In this document: piece after piece, positions 45,353 to 51,603 of the stretch
How the letters are laid out: every line of letters starts with the position of its first letter
Numbering within the stretch: the first letter of the stretch is position 1
From: Roseomonas sp.
GTDB taxonomy: Bacteria; Pseudomonadota; Alphaproteobacteria; Acetobacterales; Acetobacteraceae
DNA length: 51,603 nt
NCBI GenBank assembly: GCA_044348345.1
Contig: JBIKSZ010000001.1
Span: 1 to 51,603 of the forward strand
Reading direction: 5' to 3'
Notes under the pieces: generated by a model
The model's database searches: none
Told to the model about the DNA's origin: nothing
The model's input: the letters and a program-made list of their open reading frames with translations, nothing else
Translations under genes and position numbers: made by a program

Positions 45353-46222
45353 ATGGATGTTGCCGCGCGCATCGAGGCCAGCCTGGCTGACGCCGTGCTG
45401 CTGGCCGAGGCCTCCGGCGCGCCACCGCGCCTTGCGGCGGCCATGCGACATGCTGTCTTTCCCAAGGGCGCCCGGATCAGGCCCCGCCTGACGCTCGCGG
45501 TCGCTGCGGCCTGTGGCGACGACCGCCCGGCGCTCACCTCGGCCGCGGCGGCGGCGATCGAATTGCTGCACTGCGCCAGCCTGGTGCATGACGACATGCC
45601 CTGTTTCGACGATGCCGAGACGCGGCGGGGCAAGCCCAGCGTCCACCGGGCCTTCGGCGTGCCGCTGGCGGTGCTGGCCGGCGATGCGCTGATCATCCTG
45701 GCGTTCCAGACACTTGCCCGGGTCGGGCCAGGCGCCTCCGACCGGCTTGGCCCTGTCCTGGCGGCGGTGGGGGAGGGGGTCGGCGTGCCCTTCGGCATCG
45801 TCGCCGGCCAGGCCTGGGAATGCGAGACCCAGGTCGATTTGTCCGAATACCAGCGCCAGAAAACCGGCGCCCTCTTCGCCGCGGCCTGTGTCGCCGGCGC
45901 TGCGGCGTCGGGTCATGCCGAACCCGAGGCCTGGCGGCTTCTCGGTGACCGGCTGGGGGAGGCCTATCAGGTCGCGGACGATCTGCGCGACGCGGTGGAG
46001 GATGAGGCGAGCCTCGGCAAGCCGGTGGGGCGCGATGCGGCGCTCGGCCGGCCCAGCGCGGTGGCGGTGTTCGGGCTCGGCGGCGCTGTGGCGCGGCTGC
46101 GTGCGTTGAGCGAAGGCGCGGTGGCGGCCATCCCGGCCTGCCCGGGGCAGGCCATGCTCCGTGGGCTGATGCTGCAGGAAGCCCAGCGGCTGGTGCCGCG
46201 GAAGCTTGCCACGGCCGCATGA
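45353..46222 (+). CDS. crtE: Geranylgeranyl diphosphate synthase
   Basis: ARIRP, HCASLVHDDMPCFDDAETRRG, KTGALF, QVADD; start at ATG 45353. Confidence 0.94.
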   Translation: MDVAARIEASLADAVLLAEASGAPPRLAAAMRHAVFPKGARIRPRLTLAVAAACGDDRPALTSAAAAAIELLHCASLVHDDMPCFDDAETRRGKPSVHRAFGVPLAVLAGDALIILAFQTLARVGPGASDRLGPVLAAVGEGVGVPFGIVAGQAWECETQVDLSEYQRQKTGALFAAACVAGAAASGHAEPEAWRLLGDRLGEAYQVADDLRDAVEDEASLGKPVGRDAALGRPSAVAVFGLGGAVARLRALSEGAVAAIPACPGQAMLRGLMLQEAQRLVPRKLATAA

Positions 46223-47373
46223 GCGCGTCCGCCGATCTTGGAGGGCCCTTGCCGGCCAGCTGGCGCGACCGGTTCCGGGCGTGGCGAGAGGGGCTGACGG
46301 CATCGCCTGGCTTCCGGCGCTGGGCGGCGGCGTTTCCCCTGACGCGCCCGCTGGCGCGCCGCCGGGCGCGGGCGCTGTTCGACCTCTGTGCGGGCTTCAT
46401 CTACTCGCAGATCCTGCTGGCCTGCGTCCGGCTGCGTCTGTTCGACCTGCTGCGGGAGGGGCCTCAGGCGGAGTCGGCCCTGGCCGCACGTATGGACCTG
46501 CCCGCGGAGGGCGCGTCCCGCCTGTTGCGCGGCGCGGCGGCGCTCGAACTGGTGGCGCTGCGCGACGATGGGCGCTGGGCGCTGGGGCCGCTTGGTGCGG
46601 CGATGATCGACAACCCCGGCATCGCGGCCATGGTCGAGCACCATGCCATGCTCTACGCCGACCTGACCGATCCGGTGGCGCTGCTGCGGCGGCCGCGGGG
46701 CGGCAACGCGCTGTCGGGCTACTGGGCCTATGCCGGCGCCGACGCCCCGGGCGAGCTGCAGCGCGACCGCACGGCCGACTACACCGCGCTGATGGCGGCC
46801 TCCCAGCCCATGGTCGCGGAGGAGGTCATCGCCGCCTACGACTTCCGTCGGCACCGTTGCCTGCTGGATGTCGGGGGCGGCAGCGGCGCCTTCCTGGCCG
46901 CGGTCGCGGCGGCGACGCCGGATCTCCGGCTGATGCTGTTCGACCTGCCGGCCGTGGCCCAGCAGGGGCGGGAACGCTTTGCGCGGCTGCGGCTGGAGGC
47001 GCGGGCCACCGCCTTCGGCGGCGACTTCGCGCAGGACCCGCTGCCGTCGGGCGCCGATCTCGTGAGCCTCGTCCGCGTCCTGCATGACCATGACGATGAG
47101 GTGGTGATGGGCCTGCTGCGCAGCGTCCGCGCCGCCTTGCCTGCCGGCGGGCGCCTGCTGGTGGCGGAGCCGATGGCCGGCACCCCGGGGGCGGAGCCGG
47201 CGGGAGACGCCTATTTCGGCATCTACCTTCTCGCCATGGGGCGCGGGCGTCCGCGGCGGGCGGAGGAGCTGCAGGGCATGTTGCGGGCCGCGGGCTTTGC
47301 CCAGAGCCGGCTTCTGCCCACCCGGACGCCGCTGCTGACCCGGGTGCTGGTGGCAGATGTCACGCTGCCCTGA
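46219..47373 (+). CDS. crtF: Hydroxyneurosporene O-methyltransferase
   Basis: LFDLCAGFIYSQ, LLDVGGGSG, RVLHDHDD, YLLAMGRGRPR. Confidence 0.93.
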   Translation: MSASADLGGPLPASWRDRFRAWREGLTASPGFRRWAAAFPLTRPLARRRARALFDLCAGFIYSQILLACVRLRLFDLLREGPQAESALAARMDLPAEGASRLLRGAAALELVALRDDGRWALGPLGAAMIDNPGIAAMVEHHAMLYADLTDPVALLRRPRGGNALSGYWAYAGADAPGELQRDRTADYTALMAASQPMVAEEVIAAYDFRRHRCLLDVGGGSGAFLAAVAAATPDLRLMLFDLPAVAQQGRERFARLRLEARATAFGGDFAQDPLPSGADLVSLVRVLHDHDDEVVMGLLRSVRAALPAGGRLLVAEPMAGTPGAEPAGDAYFGIYLLAMGRGRPRRAEELQGMLRAAGFAQSRLLPTRTPLLTRVLVADVTLP

Positions 47374-47424
47374 CGAAATCTGTCAGTTTGACTTGACATT
47401 GTGTGATGTCAGCGTAGGCTGACG
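47358..47424. promoter_or_regulatory. bchC promoter with three PpsR sites
   Basis: TGTCACgctgccCTGACG (47358-47375), TGTCAGtttgacTTGACA (47381-47398, perfect) and TGTCAGcgtaggCTGACG (47407-47424); -35 TTGACA at 47393, -10-like TAGGCT at 47415. Confidence 0.85.
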
Positions 47425-47449
47425 TTCCGAAGAGATGCTCGGAAGACCC

Positions 47450-48388
47450 GTGGACACTCTAGCTGTCGTCCTGGAAGCACCTGAAAGGCTTGCACTGAGC
47501 CGGCTCCAACTGGCCGGCGCGGGCGAGGACGACGTCGTCGTGGACGTCGAGTGGAGCGGCATCAGCACCGGGACGGAGCGGCTGCTCTACACCGGCCGGA
47601 TGCCGCCCTTTCCTGGCATGGGCTATCCGCTGGTCCCCGGTTACGAGTCGGTCGGTCGCATCGCGCAGGCTGGCGCGAAGGCCGGGCGCCGCGTGGGTGA
47701 ACGCGTCTTCGTGGCTGGTGCGCGCTGCTTCGGTTCTGTGCGCGGCCTGTTCGGCGGTGCCGCGCGCCGACTCGTGGTGCCAGGCGCCAAGGCGGTTCCG
47801 CTGGACGATGCGCTCGGTGCCGATGGCGTCCTGTTCGCCCTGGCGGCGACGGCGCAGCACGCCATCGCGCCTGGTGTGGTGCCGCCTGACCTCATCATCG
47901 GCCACGGCGTTCTTGGTCGGCTTATCGCCCGCATCGTTGTCGCGATGGGTGCGCCCCCGCCGACCGTGTGGGAACTCAACCCGCAGCGAGCGAGTGGCGC
48001 GCGCGGCTATGCCGTGCTGACGCCCGAGGACGATCCGCGCCGCGACTATCGCTGCATCTGCGATGTCAGTGGCGATTCCAGCCTGCTCGATACGCTCGTC
48101 CAGCGCCTCGCGCCGGGTGGCGAGATTGTCCTGGCAGGCTTCTACAGCGCGCCACTCTCCTTCGCCTTTCCGCCCGCCTTCATGAAGGAAGCGCGGATCC
48201 GCATCGCGGCGGAATGGCGGGAGCCCGACCTTGTCGCGGTGCAGGCGCTGATCGCCGCCGGCGCCCTGCCGCTCGATGGTCTCGTGACGCATCAGCGCGA
48301 TTTTGCATCCGCACCGGATGCCTACCGGACCGCCTTCGAAGATCCGGGCTGCCTGAAGATGGTTCTCGACTGGAGGAACTGCCAATGA
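47450..48388 (+). CDS. bchC: 3-hydroxyethyl bacteriochlorophyllide a dehydrogenase
   Basis: SGISTGTE, PPFPGMGYPLVPGYE, LAGFY, LKMVLDW; GTG start at 47450. Confidence 0.95.
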   Translation: MDTLAVVLEAPERLALSRLQLAGAGEDDVVVDVEWSGISTGTERLLYTGRMPPFPGMGYPLVPGYESVGRIAQAGAKAGRRVGERVFVAGARCFGSVRGLFGGAARRLVVPGAKAVPLDDALGADGVLFALAATAQHAIAPGVVPPDLIIGHGVLGRLIARIVVAMGAPPPTVWELNPQRASGARGYAVLTPEDDPRRDYRCICDVSGDSSLLDTLVQRLAPGGEIVLAGFYSAPLSFAFPPAFMKEARIRIAAEWREPDLVAVQALIAAGALPLDGLVTHQRDFASAPDAYRTAFEDPGCLKMVLDWRNCQ

Positions 48389-49404
48389 ACGCGCCTGCCG
48401 GATTCCAGCCGAGCCGCGACGCGCAGGCCAGCATGGCCGACCAGCTGCGCCAGGAAGCAGCGCAGGAGCCCGACCCGGTTCACACCGAACCGCCGAAGAA
48501 GCAGACGCAGATCATCGCGATCTACGGCAAGGGCGGCATTGGCAAGTCCTTCACCCTCGCCAACCTCAGCTACATGATGGCGCAGCAGGGCAAGCGCGTG
48601 CTGCTGATCGGCTGCGACCCGAAGAGCGACACGACCAGCCTGCTGTTCGGCGGCAAGGCCTGCCCGACCATCATCGAGACATCCTCGAAGAAGAAGGCGG
48701 CTGGCGAGCAGGTCACGATCGGCGATGTCTGCTTCAAGCGTGACGGCGTCTTCGCGATGGAGCTCGGCGGGCCGGAAGTCGGCCGCGGCTGCGGCGGGCG
48801 CGGCATCATCCATGGCTTCGAGCTGATGGAGAAGCTCGGCTTCCATGAGTGGGATTTCGATTTCGTCCTGCTGGACTTCCTCGGCGACGTGGTCTGCGGC
48901 GGCTTCGGCCTGCCGATTGCCCGCGACATGTGCCAGAAGGTCATCATCGTCGGCTCGAACGACCTGCAGAGCCTCTATGTCGCCAACAATGTCTGCTCGG
49001 CGGTGGAGTACTTCCGCAAGCTCGGCGGCAATGTCGGCGTCGCCGGCCTGGTCGTGAACAAGGATGACGGCACGGGCGAGGCGCAGGCCTTTGCCGATGC
49101 CGTGGGCGTGCCGGTCCTCGCGGCCATCCCCGCGAATGAGGACATCCGGCGCAAGAGCGCGAATTACGAGATCGTCGGCCGCCCCGATGGCGAATGGGGC
49201 CCGCTGTTCGAGGCGCTCGGTGTGCAGGTGTCGGAAGCGCCACCCCTGCGCCCGACCCCGCTTTCGCAGGAAGGCCTGCTCGGACTTTTCAAGGGCGAGG
49301 CGGTTGGCCGCGGCGTGGTGCTGCAGCCGGCGACGCAGGACGACATGCGCGCTGCCGGCAGCGTGTCGAAGCCTTCCCTCGAAGTGGTCTACGAGGGCGC
49401 CTGA
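48385..49404 (+). CDS. bchX: Chlorophyllide a reductase iron protein X
   Basis: [38 protein letters not shown]; ATGA overlap with bchC. Confidence 0.96.
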   Translation: MNAPAGFQPSRDAQASMADQLRQEAAQEPDPVHTEPPKKQTQIIAIYGKGGIGKSFTLANLSYMMAQQGKRVLLIGCDPKSDTTSLLFGGKACPTIIETSSKKKAAGEQVTIGDVCFKRDGVFAMELGGPEVGRGCGGRGIIHGFELMEKLGFHEWDFDFVLLDFLGDVVCGGFGLPIARDMCQKVIIVGSNDLQSLYVANNVCSAVEYFRKLGGNVGVAGLVVNKDDGTGEAQAFADAVGVPVLAAIPANEDIRRKSANYEIVGRPDGEWGPLFEALGVQVSEAPPLRPTPLSQEGLLGLFKGEAVGRGVVLQPATQDDMRAAGSVSKPSLEVVYEGA

Positions 49405-49407
49405 GCG

Positions 49408-50919
49408 ATGGACACGCTCCCTCCCAAGGATCTGCCGTCTGCTGAAGGTTCCGGCTGCCATGGCGGCCGGGAGACGATGGAGGCGGCTGCCCGCGCGGCA
49501 GGGAAGAGCGAGACGATGGACCGTCTCGCCAAGGATTATCCGCGCGGACCGCATGACCAGCCGCAGAGCATGTGCCCGGCCTTCGGCTCGCTGCGGGTCG
49601 GGCTGCGCATGCGTCGGGTGGCGACGATCCTCTCGGGCAGCGCCTGCTGCGTCTATGGCCTGACCTTCACCAGCCACTTCTACGGCGCGCGGCGGACGGT
49701 GGGCTATGTGCCGTTCAATTCCGAGACGCTTGTCACGGGCAAGCTGTTCGAGGACATCCGCGACGCCGTGCACGAGATGGCGAAGCCGGAAGACTACGAC
49801 GCGGTCATCATCACCAATCTCTGCGTCCCGACAGCCTCCGGCGTGCCGCTTGAGCTGCTGCCGAAGGTGATCAACGGCGTGCGGATCATCGGCATTGATG
49901 TGCCGGGCTTCGGCGTGCCAACCCATGCCGAGGCGAAGGACGTGCTCTCGGGCGCCATGCTGCGCTTCGCGCGTCTGGAGGCCGAGGCCGGCCCGGTCGC
50001 GCGGCCACGCAACATGGTCGAGGGCCAGCGGACCATCGCGCTCGTTGGCGAACTTTTCCCCGCCGATCCGATGGGGATCGGCGCGCTGCTGGCGCCGATG
50101 GGGCTCAGCCTGGCGCCGCAGACACCGGCGCGCGAGTGGCGCGATCTCTATGCCGCGCTCGATGCCGTCGCTGTCGCAGCCGTGCATCCTTTCTACACTG
50201 CCAGCATCCGGGAGTTTCGCGCCGCGGGCCGCCCCGTGGTCGGGTCCGGTCCGGTGGGCGTCGAAGGCACGGCGGCCTGGATGGACGCGATCGCCAAGGT
50301 GGCCGATGTGCCGGCCGCGATGCTCGACGCCGCCAAGGCCCGCATACTCCCCACAATCAAGGGTGCGATGGCCGCCGCGCCGATCAAGGCGCGTATCACC
50401 GTCTCCGGCTATGAGGGTTCGGAATTGCTGGTCGCCCGGCTGCTGAGCGAGGCCGGCGCCGAGGTGCCCTATGTCGGCACGGCCTGCCCGCGCACCGAAT
50501 GGTCGGACCCCGACCGCGAATGGCTCGAGGCGCGCGGGACGCATGTGCAGTACCGCGCGAGCCTCGAACAGGACGTCCACGCGATGCTGGACGCGAAGCC
50601 CGATCTTGCGCTCGGCACGACGCCGCTGGTCCAGAAGGCGAAGGAGCTCGGCATTCCCGCGCTCTACTTCACCAACATGGTCTCGGCCCGGCCGCTATTC
50701 GGGCCCGCGGGTGCTGGCTCCATGGCCGGCATCGTTGCGGCACAGACCGGCGGGCGCGAGCGTTTCGCACGCATGGTCTCCTTCTTCGACGGCGTCGGCA
50801 CGCCCGATGGCGCGGGCTATGGCTTCAAGGACAAGCCCCAGGATCCGCCCGGCTTCCGTGAGCGGCAGCGAAAGCTGCGTGCAGCGAAGGCCAAGGCTGA
50901 AGAAGCGGTGGGGACCTAA
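49408..50919 (+). CDS. bchY: Chlorophyllide a reductase subunit Y
   Basis: GPHDQPQSMCPAFGSLRVG, SACCVYG, NLCVPTASG. Confidence 0.96.
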   Translation: MDTLPPKDLPSAEGSGCHGGRETMEAAARAAGKSETMDRLAKDYPRGPHDQPQSMCPAFGSLRVGLRMRRVATILSGSACCVYGLTFTSHFYGARRTVGYVPFNSETLVTGKLFEDIRDAVHEMAKPEDYDAVIITNLCVPTASGVPLELLPKVINGVRIIGIDVPGFGVPTHAEAKDVLSGAMLRFARLEAEAGPVARPRNMVEGQRTIALVGELFPADPMGIGALLAPMGLSLAPQTPAREWRDLYAALDAVAVAAVHPFYTASIREFRAAGRPVVGSGPVGVEGTAAWMDAIAKVADVPAAMLDAAKARILPTIKGAMAAAPIKARITVSGYEGSELLVARLLSEAGAEVPYVGTACPRTEWSDPDREWLEARGTHVQYRASLEQDVHAMLDAKPDLALGTTPLVQKAKELGIPALYFTNMVSARPLFGPAGAGSMAGIVAAQTGGRERFARMVSFFDGVGTPDGAGYGFKDKPQDPPGFRERQRKLRAAKAKAEEAVGT

Positions 50920-50922
50920 GCC

Positions 50923-51603
50923 ATGCTCGTCCTCGATCATGATCGCGCTGGGGGCTACTGGGGGGCGATCTATGCCTTCTCGGCAGTGCGCGGCCTGCGC
51001 GTGGTGATCGACGGTCCCGTGGGGTGTGAGAACCTGCCGGTGACCGCGGTGCTGCACTACACGGATGCGCTGCCGCCGCATGAATTGCCGATCGTCGTCA
51101 CGGGTCTCGACGAGGATTCGCTGTCCCAGAACGGGACGGAGCCAAATCTGAAGCGCGCAGCCGCCAGCCAGGATGCCGACCTACCGGCGGTGGTGGTCAC
51201 GGGCTCGATCGCCGAGATGATTGGTGGCGGCGTGACGCCGCAGGGCTCGAACCTGCAGCGCTTCATCTGCCGCACCATCGATGAGGACCAGTGGCAGGCC
51301 GCTGATCGGGCGATCATGTGGCTCTGGAACGAGTTCGGCGCGCGGGGCCGCAAGGTGCGCGCGCGGAACCCGAAGCTCGGCGAAAAGCCGCGCGTGAACA
51401 TCATTGGCCCGATCTACGGCACCTTCAACATGCCCTCCGACCTGGCGGAGATCCGCCGGCTGGTCGAGGGAATCGGCTGCGAGGTGAACCTCGTCTTCCC
51501 GCTGGGGTCGCATGTCGAGGACATCGCGAAGCTGCCGGATGCCGACGTCAACATCCTCATGTACCGCGAGTTCGGCCGGAAGCTCTGCGAGGAGCTGGAG
51601 CGG
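50923..51603 (+). CDS. bchZ: Chlorophyllide a reductase subunit Z, 3' end outside the window
   Basis: Hand-translated [15 protein letters not shown]...[12 protein letters not shown]...[12 protein letters not shown]; not in the ORF track because it is truncated. Confidence 0.95.
   Translation, partial: MLVLDHDRAGGYWGAIYAFSAVRGLRVVIDGPVGCENLPVTAVLHYTDALPPHELPIVVTGLDEDSLSQNGTEPNLKRAAASQDADLPAVVVTGSIAEMIGGGVTPQGSNLQRFICRTIDEDQWQAADRAIMWLWNEFGARGRKVRARNPKLGEKPRVNIIGPIYGTFNMPSDLAEIRRLVEGIGCEVNLVFPLGSHVEDIAKLPDADVNILMYREFGRKLCEELER

Noticed and set aside
44972-46303. 443-aa minus-strand ORF as a full gene
   Set aside because: Most of it is antisense to crtE; only the last 44 codons have an RBS and family-like sequence.

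Overview
High-GC alphaproteobacterial DNA, most likely Acetobacteraceae (Roseomonas-like), judged from recalled features of the HemC N-terminus and from gene content. The first ~17 kb is catabolic and accessory. It holds a partial histone H1-like gene that the ORF track missed, behind a perfect GGAAC-N16-CGTT promoter, and a TRAP transporter + uronate dehydrogenase + mutarotase operon. It also holds an amidase, ltnD, an enoyl-CoA hydratase, a D-tartrate dehydratase-like enzyme, and a LacI-controlled operon (MDR oxidoreductase, hydroxyquinol-type intradiol dioxygenase, YciI, BKACE/DUF849, SDR, Bug). From 17.1 kb to the end is a photosynthesis gene cluster. Its minus-strand arm is ppaA/aerR-ppsR-bchG-bch2-bchP-hemC. 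Its plus-strand arm is bchFNBHLM-lhaA-puhABC-bciE-acsF-puhE-hemA-bchIDO-crtB, then crtE-crtF-bchCXYZ (bchZ truncated by the window). PpsR operators and an FnrL box are readable directly. The strongest leads are (i) a possible ring-cleavage pathway ending in a beta-keto acid cleavage enzyme, (ii) the absence of crtI/crtC/crtD, with a 44-aa internally deleted DUF2189 remnant in the usual crtC/crtD position, and (iii) the stress-sigma-linked H1-like protein. All protein assignments come from motif recognition and recalled family features; no database search was run. No tRNA, rRNA, CRISPR array or mobile element was seen.
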